From: Sphyrna mokarran
Lineage: Eukaryota
Assembly (NCBI GenBank): GCA_024679065.1
Contig: JAGIQG010000024.1
Coordinates: forward strand, 32,984,001 to 33,048,000
DNA: 64,000 nt
Direction of reading: 5' to 3'
Shown: positions 48,341-61,080 of the stretch, piece by piece
Layout: each line of letters begins with the position of its first letter
Numbering within the stretch: the first letter of the stretch is position 1
Made by a program: the position numbers and the translations under genes
The notes under the pieces: model-generated
Seen by the model: only the letters and a program-made list of their open reading frames with translations
Database searches by the model: none
Told to the model about the DNA's origin: nothing

Positions 48341-49104
48341 GAAAGTTCTTTACCACACAGGTATAAAATAAAAGGTGGATATTTCTGTCAATGACACAAC
48401 ATATCACATCAGCCATTGTGCTGTCGATAATGACTTCCCAGATTCTACAACAGTTACAGTCACTTTCACAGAGATAAATGGTGCCAAAGTTGAACCACAC
48501 TTGGAATATGTGTGAAATGATTTTCTGCTGCACATTAATAGTTTCTTTTTGTTGATCTTTGTATCCTTACGATGTAGTTTACACCTTTTGTTGTGTTCCA
48601 ATTTACGACTCTCCAAATATGTTAAGTCATTGATTTTTTTTTGCCAGTTTCAAAGGATTTGAGAGTAATGGTTTTCCCATCTAATAATTGTATTAGTTTC
48701 TTAACATGTTCAGATAGAAAAAGATTATTTTATTTTCCTGTACTTTGATAGCAAATTCCGAATATCAGTCTCTTTAGATGCTGTCCCAAGGAGTGCTTTC
48801 TGGCCCAGTGCACATTCCGCCTCACTCTCATCTCTGCCTGAGAAGCAACAAAGTTAATCCTGTATTTAGCCTCATCTGCTGTCTTAGGTGGTAGGTTTGC
48901 TGTACCTTTGAATGGCTGCAACCTGCAACACTGCCCAGTTTGGATAAGCTATTGAGATCATTTTAAAAATTGCTCATGGAATTTGAGAGTTGGCTGCATG
49001 GCCAACTTTTGCTGTCCATTCCTAATTGCTCTTGAGAAAGCAGGCAAGAAGAATTACAGATTCATTAAGATGCTGGCGTAGGAGGGGATACAGATATGAG
49101 TTAT

Positions 49105-49412
49105 GAGCGGCACAGTGATTAGCACAACTGCTTTACAGCTCCTGGGACACGGGTTCAATTCCAACCTTGGGTGGCTATGCAAACTCCATTGGACAATGTC
49201 TGCTTGGGTTTCCTTCAAGTGCTCCAATTTCCTCCCACATTCCAAAGATGTGTGGGATAGGTTGATTGGCTATGCTAAATTGACCCTTAGTGTCAAGGGA
49301 ATGAGCAGAGTAAATATGTGATGTAACTGCGAAAGGGCATGGGTGGGATTATGATTGCTGCAGGTTCGCTAAGCCGAATGGCCTCCTCTACTGTAGGGAT
49401 TCCTATGATTTC
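49105..49412 (+). mobile_element. HE1-like V-SINE
   Basis: Head, core, tail gccgaatggcctcctctactgtagggattcc. Confidence 0.88.
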
Positions 49413-49853
49413 ATTCCAGCAAGAAAGACACCAGCCTAAATTTTATGCTTGGAGCCTGCCTAAAGTCAGCACAGGCAGGAGCATGTGTGAAACCAGCTCC
49501 AGCCCAAGGTTGAATCATTTGCACAATATTATGCGTGCTCACTAATTAATGGCAAGAAACATGCTCTGGGATAGGCTGAATGCTGCTGAGGAGAGCAGGA
49601 GGAAGGAAAGCACCAAGAAAATGGTGTGTGCACAGGGCTGGCACTGCTGTTGTGGCCCTTTAGAGGGACAGCCATTGCGGAGCTGTCTCAGGGAGCTTTT
49701 GACCTGTAAAAAGTGAGTATCAGGGGAAGATTACCACGAGTCAGGGGAAGGGGCAGAGTAAATAGGTGAGGTTACAGGGAAAGGGTCCGGATGGGACTGT
49801 AGTCAGTGCAGACTTGATGGGCCAAACAGCTTCCTCTGCTCGAGGGATTCTAA

Positions 49854-49979
49854 GGGCGTAATTTTACCGGCTGAACAGCCAGATGTTCATACAATCCTAC
49901 CTGAAGTTAACAGAAATGCTATTCTCCGATCCATGCCCTGTCCTGGGATCAGGGCAGGCATGCTGGTAAAATTCTGGCC
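49854..49979. mobile_element. Harbinger-type MITE
   Basis: TIR gggcgtaattttacc / ggtaaaattctggcc; flanks taa/tca. Confidence 0.65.
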
Positions 49980-50689
49980 TCAGGATGTCTGGGTAACGTG
50001 ATCATAAACAGATCCCTATTCCCAGAAACATTTCTCGATTTTATTTGATCCCTGACTTTCGTCCTATCCTGGATTAAGGTTGAAGCTAAAACATAAAGGC
50101 CCTCTTACCAATGGGCCTTCCTACCAACCATAAAGGCAGAATATCCCATTCCATTGCTGTTTAATTCATTTCACTTGGTTTCCTAATTGTTGGCAGATGC
50201 ATTTCATTGGTGATCCATCACAATATTGCCCAAAGCTTTGAAGACATTGGGGCAAGTGTCCACATCTTCCCACAATTTCACGTGCTTCCGGGTCTGGCAT
50301 GTTGCCTGCCTGAGCAATGTAAAATTCTGGTCTAGGAGAATTGGGGCAATTTATTTAGAACAGAGAAGATGAAAGGGGTAATTTTATTTTGATATTTATG
50401 ATAATGAATGAATGAAATTGAGATGATAGAAACAGACATTTTACACTGATGGAGAAGACATAAATATAAGATTTAATGCAATAAATTTAAAGTAGACAGT
50501 CAACAAAACCCTGGTGAGGCTGCTGAATTTACTGGAACGGTAGTGACTGAAGCAAAGACTGGATGAAGGACGGGAGAAGGGAGGCATTAGAGAATAGATA
50601 CTGTACATAGGATCTGGACTATCAAGAAGGATAAATATTAGCACAGACTGTTGGGTGGAATGGCCTGTTTCACTGTTGCAATTTCTGTG

Positions 50690-50960
50690 GGGTGGCACGA
50701 TGGCACGGTGGTTAGTACCCGGGTTCAATTCTGACTTCGCATGGTTGTCTGTGCGGAATCTGTCCGCGTAGGTTTCCTCTAGGTGTTCTGGTTTCCTCCC
50801 GCAGCCCAAAGATGTGTGGGCTAGGTGCATTGTCCGTGCTAAATTGTCCCTTAGTGTCAGGGTAAATTTGTGGGGATAGCGTCTGGGTGGGATTGTTGTC
50901 GGTATAGACTAGAAGGGCTGAACGGTCTCCTTCTGTACTGTAGGAATTCTGTGATTCTTC
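50690..50960 (+). mobile_element. HE1-like V-SINE, following a decayed CR1 tail at 50350-50685
   Basis: ggcacggtggttag, ggtttcctcccgcagcccaaagatgtg, CR1-type tail. Confidence 0.85.
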
Positions 50961-51564
50961 TATGTAATCCAATGGTATCAACTGGAATTTATCCCCACGT
51001 GAAAATGATGAGTGTAGTTGGAGTTCTGGCGCCATGTTGATAAATCTCTTTCTGATATGGAATATCTACGCCAGAATTTGGTCATTTCTGATTGAGTAGG
51101 CACACAGCACATGGTGCAGCTAATTTCAGCTGTTGCTAAGGTGTTATTAATTATACTGACACCTGGAAATTGATTCCTGTATTTTAAAATGGTTTCAATT
51201 GCATCTATTTGAAAGTAATTAATAGGATATTTTTGAGTTTCCCATATGGAGTTCTCATCTTGCAAAGCGGTGCTTCCCCTTAAAGTGGTTCCAACGTGTT
51301 AAAATGAGTAGCCTGCCATGATTTGTTACAATATCCTGCTGGCTTCTCTTTTTAAGATTGCGCAAAAATCAAAGGGTTTTCAGATGTCTGTTTCACAACT
51401 TGGCTCACCCACCGGATTACGAAGAGTGCTGCTGCTTGCAATCATCCAACATGGAAATCGGAAAAGATCATTCTTCCTGCAAAGATGCCTGTGTGCTAAT
51501 TTATTTGTATACACAAGCCAGAGCTGTAAGATGTATCATAGCAGCCTTAACAGCAGGACCCAAT

Positions 51565-51900
51565 CATAGAATTGTACAATCCCCACAGTGCAGAAGGAGG
51601 CCATATGGCCCATCGAGTCTGTACCAAATCTCCAAAAGAATATCTTACCCAGACCCATCCTAGCTTTATCCCCATAACCCCATGCGTTTATATAGATAAT
51701 CCATCTTACCTACAAATTTGGGACACTAAGGACAAGTGATCATGGCAAATCCACTTAACCTGCATATCTTTGGAATGTGGGAGTAAACTGGAGCACTGGA
51801 GGAAACCCATGCAGACATGGGGAAAACATACAAATGCCACACAGTCAAGCAAGGCTGGAATTGAACTGGCACCGTGAGGCAACAGTGATAACCATCACAA
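51565..51900 (-). mobile_element. HE1-like V-SINE
   Basis: cagtgcagaaggaggccatatggcccatcgagtctg; gaaacccatgcagacatgggg. Confidence 0.88.
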
Positions 51901-52334
51901 CGTTTTACTACCCAGTGATTTTATAACTATAAAAGAGACTATCTACTCCTTTACCTTCGTTATTCCATTTCATTACCTCAGAAAGATTGTAGATAGGAAA
52001 TGGGTTTTTCCAATCCCTCCCAATGGTGGGATCTTTCAGTCCCACCAAAGTTGACCCCTCATGGTGGGTTCCCTGGCAAAAGGGTGCATAAGGCACACAA
52101 AAGCCCACAGACGGTAGCAATACTGGAAGATTTCGCTGGCAGCCAATTTCTCACTGCATCTGCTGCAGGAAAATGTGGGGAGATTGGAAAATCCCAGCCT
52201 CTCTGGCAGTGGATTCATCATCAGCCATATTTCTTCTTACAAACAATGATTGTTCCTAACTCGTGCAGCAAGATTGAATAAATTGGTTTACTTGTGTGTC
52301 AGTCAAGAAAAAACTAAAACTAATTATATTTATC

Positions 52335-52558
52335 TAGTACCATTAACATAATAAAACATCCCAAGGTGCTTAACAGGGGTGTTATTATGGAATTGCGGAA
52401 TTGAGTTTGGAGCACAGATAATGGCTTCAATCCTCCATGTATTTAATTGGAGGAAATTACTGCTCATCCAGTACTGGGTGCCAAATATAGCAAAACCTGA
52501 GGAATTGAGAGGGTAATGGTGAGGTAGAACTCAGTGTCATCAGTTTATATATTGAGAT
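52335..52558 (-). mobile_element. L2 fragment
   Basis: gaggtagaactcagtgtcatcagt is the reverse of an xDDTEFYL (YADDTQLYL-like) motif. Confidence 0.55.
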
Positions 52559-52559
52559 G

Positions 52560-52940
52560 GCAGGTATGATGTTACATTGGTTTGCACTGCTACCTCATAA
52601 TGCCAGGGAGCCTTGTTTCATTTCATCCCAGGGTCACTGTGCAGTGGTGCACATTCCCCTTGTGTCTGAGTGGAATTCCCCTGGGTGCTCCAGTTTCCCC
52701 CCCACAGTCCAAAGATGTGCGGGTTAGGTGAATTGGCCATGCTAAATTGACCCTAAATGGGGACAGAGTGTGAGTAAGACCTTGAGGGTGAGCATAAACA
52801 GACCTTGGCTTGGTCCGTGTCCTCACTCGCTATGATTCCTGTGATAGGTACAGGAAAATTCCACCCAGACAGTTTTTTTTTCAGACAGTTGGTGCAAACT
52901 TGATGGTCAAATGGCCTCCTTCTGTAGAGATTCTATGAAG
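52560..52940 (+). mobile_element. HE1-like V-SINE interrupted by a MITE end (~52805-52866)
   Basis: cccacagtccaaagatgtgcgggttaggtgaattggccatgctaaattg; the tail resumes near 52885. Confidence 0.8.
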
Positions 52941-55085
52941 AGAGAAGTCATAGGTAATGCAAAGTCTGCTGTCCAAATTATCAGAGATGGGGTTCAACAC
53001 GCTGTTCAGAATACAGAACACATTTTTCAACAAAAAAAACAGTTGCAAACTCAAATGGAATATCAACATAAGGAAGAATGGAAGATCTTAATTAAAGATA
53101 AGAGAAAATTAGTTTAAAATATTAGAATACAAATATTCTAATAGCTGTGTATACACATATATGTATTTTAATTCTCATTTGCAAAATGAGAATTTTAAAA
53201 AATATATATGCTTTTTTTCTTTTTTAAAAAAGATTTAATAATTAGATTCCAATCTCCCATGTTTTTAGTTAGACAGGGTTAAATTTGCTAAATGATTTTC
53301 CAAAGGGCTCAGTGTTAAATGTAATGCAATATCTGACCATCAGTTGTCAGCATCACTCCAGGTTGAATGAACATTTCAATGCTTGCTCTGAACTGGAGTC
53401 CATAAGACAACTGAAAGCCACATTTTGCAGCAGTCAAAACAACATGAAAGAGGAGACAGACAATAGAAAAAATACCACTGTAACAATAGTGTCGGGACTC
53501 AGGTAAAGTCCAACTGGCACTGCACTAATTTGGATTCAAGAGCAAAGCACTTGTGGAGACTCAAACACCAAGCTGCAATGCAGTTGTAGCTGTGAAGCTC
53601 AATTATTTAAGTTTATCATTTCAGCAGCCGATGTATCTGGTTGAAAAATGCTCTTTTCTTTTATGAAGAAGCTCACTGCTTACTTTGTTTTGCAGAACAA
53701 TTGATTCGTAATTTTTTTTTGACCAATATTAGATCTCTGACCCGGCCACTCTTCATAGTTTCTGGTTGGCAACTGATGAAGACAGGAAGCATCTAGGCCA
53801 TGAACTCATTATGTAGGTAATCAGGGGAAGAAAACCCACAAACGCTATGCTGCCAAGTCACCTTATAAACAGCTTGAAAATAATGCTAACACAAAGGTAA
53901 ATGAAGAAAATAAATAGGTTGCACTCTATGCAGTGAGACCAAACAAAAAATGCATTATCCCCTGGAGACAGTTTCACCTAATATGCCCTTCTTACCCCCC
54001 TTCCACAAATACTAAAAACAAACAATAACGTCAATCTTTCGGCATTTTTTGGTTAACAGATGGCTGATAATTAAAGGCATGTGAAAATAATAGGGCACTA
54101 CTGCATAGTGTCGAGCCTATTAAATGTTTCTTCAGTGTATTTTTGAGAAAATAATGCTGTACATGCTGTAATAAAAGTTGATATTCTTTTTCCTTTCCAT
54201 GAGGTGCACTGTGAAACGCAAAGATGATTAACTCTTCCCAAGCAATGAAAATATCATCTATAGCTATATATCCTGGTAATGTGTTAACCTGAAAACACAT
54301 GGACCATCACATCTGCATGAAATCCCCTCCCAAACACAAATTGTGTCAATGTTATCAGAGGATTGATCTGATGTCATTGAAGGGCACAGCATTGCTGGTC
54401 CAGCTACAAAACAGGAATGCTCTACTTCAAATCAAACCATCATGTTGTCTGGCAATGTTACACATAACACAGTGTACAAGCGTAGCCCAGCTCTGTGCAA
54501 TTATGATGTCTGCAATTCTTTCCAGTGTCTCAATTATTTTACAGTCATGTCATGTCTGGCTTCTTAAATGCAAATCTGGTTACTCAAAGGCATTTTTATC
54601 TGGTTCACACCACACTTCATTTAATACACCTCCACCCTTGTGGCAGTTCCAGCTCAGAGCTCCCAGCTCCCACCCTCAACTGCCCATTTCTTTTTGTCCT
54701 CAGTCAGACCACGAGTGGCAAAGCTTTAGTCAGCAGAGGAAGAGGTTACCAGCTTCCAAATTCAGTGGGCATGTCAAACTGGCATGGCATTTCAGTTGCT
54801 CATTATAAACTTCAGAATTACCCTTTCTTCGGGCTGAGGAAAAGATTCCAGGATTCTGCACTGAGGAAGAATCATTTAGAAATATTTTTTTAAAAATCGC
54901 TGCTGGTTTATAAAGATGGTGCATTAGGAAATGGGTCAGTAATTTTATTACTTTGCTTCAAGTAATGTTATTCCACCTCATTTGGAGTTAAGTGTTATCA
55001 CCAGTGGGAAAATGATTTCATACAGTGGTAACTGTTCAATGCCAAGAAGAAATGTCAGCTCCTGCTTTCTGTCATCTAACATAAC

Positions 55086-55314
55086 TGTGCTAATTGCAAG
55101 GATTGGTGACCATCAGTTAGTTTAACGAAGTATAACACATTATTTACAAGCAGATAAATATATATAGATACTCTCAGTGTTAACACTCCCAATTCTAGGA
55201 TCTTCTCTGGTTGTAAAAGCCCACACTCTGCACTGAGATTCCTGCGCTCATTCCCCATTGGACGATTGGTTCACATCACTGTCCCGACTCTCCCTTAAAG
55301 GGCCAATAAACACA
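55086..55314 (-). repeat. 3' LTR, with polypurine tract at 55315-55330
   Basis: tgtgctaattgcaagg...aaacaca; minus strand taaaaggggaggga immediately precedes TGT. Confidence 0.8.
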
Positions 55315-55879
55315 TCCCTCCCCTTTTAAATCCTTATTATACAATATATTAATAACATATTTCTAAAGCAATTACAATAAGAACATTTTAAAATGCAGAT
55401 TATCAGAAACTCAATCCATCGGGGGATTTTCTCTCTCTCTCTGGGAGTGATGTAGCTCAATTGGTTGATATTCAATTGTAGAAGCATGGCTTGTGTCCAA
55501 TTTGATACGTGTCAGACCCCTCAGCCTACGTCACATCCAGGTCTTCTATTTTGGGAAGGAATACCTATCCAGATCATTAGCCTGGTTCATCATCACCTTG
55601 TAGTACCTGCAGGTACGGATGGCCTTGTTTGGTTTAACTGCTGGCATGATGAGTGCCCACTCTTCACATTATATGGAAGATACCCAAGTCTTCCAGTCTT
55701 TTTAGCTCTGCCTCTTTCATCTCCAGGTCAAGGGCATTTCCCTAAAAAAATCATGGGGTGGCTTCCAGGTCCACATGGATTTTTCCTTCCAGTCCTTCAA
55801 TCTTTCTCAGTTCAATTCCTGGAATACTTCTTGAAATTTACCCATGACTTCATGTGCGCCCTTTTTTTTTCATTTAAAC

Positions 55880-58060
55880 AACTCTAACCAGTTTAGCTTA
55901 ATCACCTGAAGCCAATCATGCCCCATTAAAACCAATCCTTAGCTCAACACTACTATCAACAATAACTGTGCAGATTGCTGTCCATAACTTAGAGGTGATT
56001 GTCATTCCTACTATCTTTATGGCCTCAGTGGTATATATGGTTAGTATGTCAGCAGCAATCATCAAATTCAGGGGTTGAACGCCTTCTTTAAGGTACTTGT
56101 GCTCAACTCACTCACAACAGAAGCTGACACCCCGGTGTCTACTTCTATCTTCAGTGGCCAGCTGTTCATTATCAACACCACTGGAATGGAGATTACCTTA
56201 CTTGCTTCCACATTGTTTTCTGACATAACCTTTACTTTACCCGCTGGACAATCTTCCATACCCTGTACCGGGGCTGGATTATTTATTGTTCTTGTACTGA
56301 GTTGGCCCTGCTTACTTTCACATTTGAGCTGTAAATGACCTTTCTTTTGGCAACCAAAGCACTCTGCTCTTCTAAATCAACACAATTCTGGGAACCAGCT
56401 TTTTCCACATTGAAAGCACTCTGTGTTACTCCTTTGTTGCTTAAATCTTTACTATTTAATGTTTCTTCCCACTTCTGCATTCAACTCACTAATCCAGTTT
56501 TATCCCTTACCACTTCTGGTACCATTAATACCTGTGATTTCTAGTGCAAACTAGGGGACCTCAATGCTCACTTTGTACATCCTGAGTGCCCACCTTGGCA
56601 TTCTCTGTGGCTGTTGCCATTTTCATCACCTGCCTAGAAGTCAAGTCAGACTCAGCTAACAACTTAATTTATGTAACTGCATTATTTACACCGCAAATCA
56701 ATCGATCTATTAACATGTCACTTAAAGCTAACCCAAAGTTGCAATGCTCTATGATCTACTTTAACATTGTTCAAAAGCTGCAATGGTCTCCTCTGTGGCC
56801 CTCTCCATCAAGGTAAACTTATACTGAACTGTTTAAACTTAATCTGAATGGAGAGCTGTGACAAGTGGCATTCCTCAAGGATTATTGTTGGGACCTTTGC
56901 TGTTTGTAATATATATAAATGATTTGGAGAAAAATGTAACTGGTTTGATTAGTAAGTTTATGGATGACACAAAGGTTGGTGAATTTGCGGATAGCGATGA
57001 GGACCATCAGAGGATACAGCAGGATATAGATCAATTGGAGACTTGGGCAGAGAAGTGGCAGATGGAGCTTAATCCAGACAAGTGTAAAATAATGCATTTT
57101 GGAAGGTCTAATATAGATAGGAAATATACAGTAAATGGCAGAACCCTTAAGAGTATTGATAGGCAAATGGATCTGGGTGCACTGGTACACAGCTCAATGG
57201 AAGTGGCAATGCAGGTGGAGAAGGTAGTCAAGAAGGCATACGGCATGCTTGTCTTCAGTGGCCGGGGCATTGAGTTTAACAATTAATAGGTTATGTTGCA
57301 TCTATATAGAATCTTAGTTAGTTCATATTTGGAATATAGTGTTCAATCCTGGTTGTCACACTACCTGAAAGATGTGGAGACTTTGGAAAGGATAGAGAAA
57401 AGATTTACCAGGATGTTGCTTGGTACGGAGAAGAGATTGGAGAAACTTGGTTTGTTCTCACTGAAATGACAGCGATTGAGGGGCGACCTGATAGAAGCTT
57501 ACAAGATTATGAGAGGCATGGACAGAATGGATAGTCAGAAGCTTTTTCCCAGGGTGGAACAGTCAATTGCTAGGGGCACAGGTTTAAGGTGCAAGGGGCA
57601 AGGTTTAAAAGGGATGGATGAGACAGATCTTTTTACACAGAGAATAGTGGAAGCGATGGTGACTTTTAAGCGGCATCTCGACAAATACATGAATAGGATG
57701 AGAATTGAGGAATAGGGCCCTCAGAAGGGAAGGGGTTTTAATTAAGTCAGGCAGCACAGTCGGTGCAGGCTTGGAGGGCTGAAGGTCCTGTTCCTATGCT
57801 GTAACTTTCTTTGTTCTTCTATCTTTGCATGATTACCAAGGTTTTGATGATAATGCTCCTTTGCTATCTCAACAAACCCTGCAAATATCTTTGTGTCGGA
57901 AGCATCTGCGAAGGTTAAACTTTGGAGCAAATTATACATCTGGGTCCCAGATGTGATAAGTAAAATGAATCCAACAGTTCTACTTACAGTACCCAGTTCT
58001 CAGTGGTTGTGTCAAACGCTCCTAGCTTCCAAAAAAGAGGCTCCCCTCTTTTTCACATTT
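55880..58060 (-). pseudogene. Gypsy gag-protease relic
   Basis: YNLLQSLT..D.SDTK (57742 ORF); EHCNFGLALSDMLIDRLICGV; CFGCQKKGHLQLKC (CX2CX4HX4C, ~56320-56360); IEVDTGVSASVVSE; LMGHDWL. Confidence 0.85.
56845..57818 (+). mobile_element. CR1 LINE inserted into Gypsy gag
   Basis: ORF 56858-57286 ([28 protein letters not shown]) and ORF 57476-57715; gag continues on both sides. Confidence 0.93.
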
Positions 58061-58147
58061 GGATTGATCTTATTCACTCTTCAGTTTGGCAACAAAGTTC
58101 AAAGTTCACTTTGAATTCTTCATTGCAAATGGTGTCGCTCTGATTTT

Positions 58148-58158
58148 CCTCGTTGCCA
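58148..58158 (-). promoter_or_regulatory. Primer-binding site, tRNA-Ser(GCU)-type
   Basis: Minus strand TGGCAACGAGG is one mismatch from TGGCGACGAGG and is adjacent to the 5' LTR. Confidence 0.65.
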
Positions 58159-58159
58159 A

Positions 58160-58300
58160 TGCAGTAATTGCAAGGATCAGTGACCACCTGTTAGTGTAAT
58201 GAACTATAATGATTTATATGTACAGGTAGATAAATATACGGAGTACTGTCACAATGTTAACACTTCTAGTTCTCTGGCTGCAAAAGCCTGTGCCCTGCAC
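58160..58300 (-). repeat. 5' LTR, truncated
   Basis: taattgcaaggat..gtgacca..gttag and tgttaacact..tctctgg.tg.aaaagcc match 55086-55235. Confidence 0.8.
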
Positions 58301-58565
58301 CAACTTGCTGCCACACTGACTGCGAGCATTGGGTTCACTGCTCAATTTTAAACAGGAAAAAATATTTGATTTAGTTTTGGGGTGGCATGGTGGCACAATC
58401 GGTAGCACCACCACCTCACAGTTCAATTCTTACCATGGGTCACTGTCTGTGTGGAGTTTGCACGTTCTCCCCATGTCTGCATGGGTTTCCTCCAGATGCT
58501 CTTCCTTCCTCCCACAGTCTGAAAGACGTGTTGGTTAGGTGGATTGGCCATGCTAAATTGTCCCC
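58300..58565 (+). repeat. Direct duplication copy 1 (unique flank plus V-SINE)
   Basis: ccaacttgctgccacactgactgc and acaggaaaa.atatttgattta are shared with 59370. Confidence 0.85.
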
Positions 58566-59369
58566 ATTGATCAATTAGGCATGACCCTCCTGATGCACGT
58601 CTCTTAAAGGGACCAAATGCTACAATAACAAAATGTTCAAAAGCTGATGCTACTTGCTTCATTTGCAATTTCTGGTGGAAGGGGTAAATTTTAAGAAAAT
58701 ACAATTCAGAAACTCAAAGTATGATTCTCTTTAAGCTAACTCCTGTGGGATCCACTGGAAAATAGTTCATGTTTTAAATCACATTTATACACACAACACT
58801 TATACAACGTGGGCCAAATGGCCTCCTCCTGCACCACAACAATTCTGTGGTTCTAACAGAGCAGCAACTAACATACTTTGGGTAAAATTATTCAGACTTC
58901 ACTTTCATGCAGCCAGCAGCTTTTTGCTGCATAACATTGTGGAGACTGACACCGCGAATCATTTGGTAATTTATACAATTGAAGTGCTTTGGGATCTTAG
59001 AAACCCTGCCTAATCATTGTTCTGAATCTGTTCCCAAGCACTTTGGTTACAATAGCATAGTATTCCTGAGAGATGCAGCTACTCAGCCAGCTATCTGTGT
59101 ACCTGAGGCTTCTTTTGCAGATGGTACTGATTCAGTATGTTGCTCAATGACAACCAGGAGAGCTGAGAACCATTGTTCCATATAATACATAACTCCACAA
59201 CACTCCCCAGACCTGCTTATAGTGTGTTTTACAGCAGTCTGTTGTACACATTTCTGGTTGGAAAAGCAAACACCATTAGATAAGTGATCCCTTGCATCAG
59301 GAATGAAGAACAAGAAACTTACATGCACTGATTGAATTGAATAATATCCACAAGTAAAGTGAGGGAAAA

Positions 59370-59740
59370 CCAACTTGCTGCCACACTGACTGCATGTGTT
59401 GGGGTTCACTACCCAGATACCACAATTTTACACAGGAAAAGATATTTGATTTAACTTTGGGCTAGCACGATGGCACAATTGGTAGCATCATTGCCTCACA
59501 GCTCGATTCCTGTTTCGGTCACTGTCTGTGTGAAGTTTGCACATTCTCCCTGTGTCTGCGTGGGTTTCCTCTAGGTGCTCTCCCTTCCTCCCATAGTCTG
59601 AAAGATATGCTGTTTAGATAGATTGGCCATGATAAATTGCCTCTTAAAGTCAGGGAGATTAGCAGGCTAAGTACATGAGGATACTTGGACAGACTTAATG
59701 GACCAAATGGCCTCTTTCTGCACTGTAGGGATTCTATAAA
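59370..59740 (+). repeat. Direct duplication copy 2 (unique flank plus HE1-like SINE at 59458-59740)
   Basis: Same flank and the same diagnostic SINE-head deletion as copy 1. Confidence 0.85.
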
Positions 59741-60384
59741 CACCACGTTATCTGAACTGCATCACATGACAATGGCTGAACAATGTCAAAACACTCCAGT
59801 CCATGACAGCTATCAACAGAAATCTACTTTTGTTGCATGGGAGGTGAAAACATAACTTTACATTAGCTAAGACTGAGGAACATTACAAGACCATCAGCCA
59901 CATTCAGACCTTGCACAACAGCAGCAATTAGATGTCTGAAGTATTAGTCCTGCTTTCATTCATCCACATATTGCATGACTCACCACATTCCCAAACACTA
60001 CATCCAGTAATCCATAGATTCTTCCAGCAAGTGGGGAATTAGTAAAATTGGCATTCTAGCTCCAGATGTGCAAAGTAACATGCTTCACAGCTGGATTGCC
60101 CTGCCTTTTGCTTTTTCTATTGGTTTCATTAATTATCAAGTTCCTCAGTATGATTAGCTAATAACTTTAGTATTTCTTTTCACAAAAGTTCACTGATTAA
60201 AGTTATGCTTATCAGACTGTGCCTTAGAGAAAAGGAGAATGCTGGTGGGGAGGGATCCTTTCTTGGTAACTACATGCATCCTCCTCTAGCTGCTCGAGTA
60301 TGGCTCCTGATGAAAACCTCAGGCATTGTGTGTAAAAGAGGCCTGAGCACCTGCCCAGTCTCTGATTCAGTGAGTAATGCATGG

Positions 60385-61080
60385 CATAGAGTAGAAATCA
60401 CTATGGGACATAAATTTAAGGTAAAAGGAAAAAGTTTAAAGGAGATGTGAGAAGCATGTCTTTTACACAGAAGGTAGTAAGTGCCTGGAACGCATTGCCA
60501 GAGGAGATCGTTGAAGTAGATACAATAGCAATAGAGGCATCTTGACAGTGTGATAGCCCAAATGATCTGCTTGGCGAATCACTAATTGACCTCCCAGTTG
60601 GAGCCATTGATTACGGCCTCCCTGGGGATTAGTAATTAGCCAACCAGGTGGAGCATACCAAGCCCTATGTAAAGCAAGATCTTGAGAGAGTCCATTAACC
60701 TTTCAGTCCTGGTTCAGACCTGCTGTGTTCAGCACAGGTGTGTGGCTGTTGTTTACTTTCATTTGTGCAATAAAAGCACAGTTCCTTCACGGCCTGCAGT
60801 TATTATAGAAAGTTATACGAATAGGGAGGGTAAAGAGGGATATAGACCGCATCGAGGCAAAAGAATCTTATCACCATTTAAGCCGATGGGATTTTCCCAT
60901 CCCACTGCAGTGACCAGAGATTTGGCTGGGTGCCAAATTCTTTGTACCCACTGCAGCACAAGCGTGGTGTGAACAGCAGTGAAGATCACACTGAAGATTT
61001 TCAGTTTAGAAAGGTGTCATGTTTCAGTGCTAGTTCGATGGGCCGAATGGCCTGTTTCTGTGCTGTATTGTTCTTTGTAA
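60385..61080 (+). mobile_element. CR1 3' end split by a solo LTR and a MITE (~60865-61000)
   Basis: ttttacacagaaggtagtaagtgcctggaacgcattgccagagg; tail cgatgggccgaatggcctgtttctgtgctgt. Confidence 0.8.
60549..60807 (+). mobile_element. Solo LTR, ~260 bp
   Basis: TG start, aataaa near 60769, 5-bp near-TSD gacag/gaaag; interrupts the CR1. Confidence 0.7.

Larger units (their letters stand above)
55086..58300 (-). mobile_element. Gypsy/Ty3 LTR retrotransposon, internally deleted and decayed
   Basis: Two related LTRs, PBS, PPT, gag with zinc knuckle, protease DTG motif. Confidence 0.9.

Noticed and set aside
48372-48515. Protein-like open frame VDISVNDTTYH...EPHLEYV*
   Set aside because: An in-frame TAA lies immediately upstream, between it and the nearest good acceptor; no start codon and no recognised homology.
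53773-53800. CTGATGA here and near 60307 as intact hammerhead cores
   Set aside because: No stem II closed by GAAA follows either site.
54299-54808. 169-aa ORF in unique sequence
   Set aside because: Cys/Ser/Leu-rich composition typical of non-coding frames; no domain or splice support.
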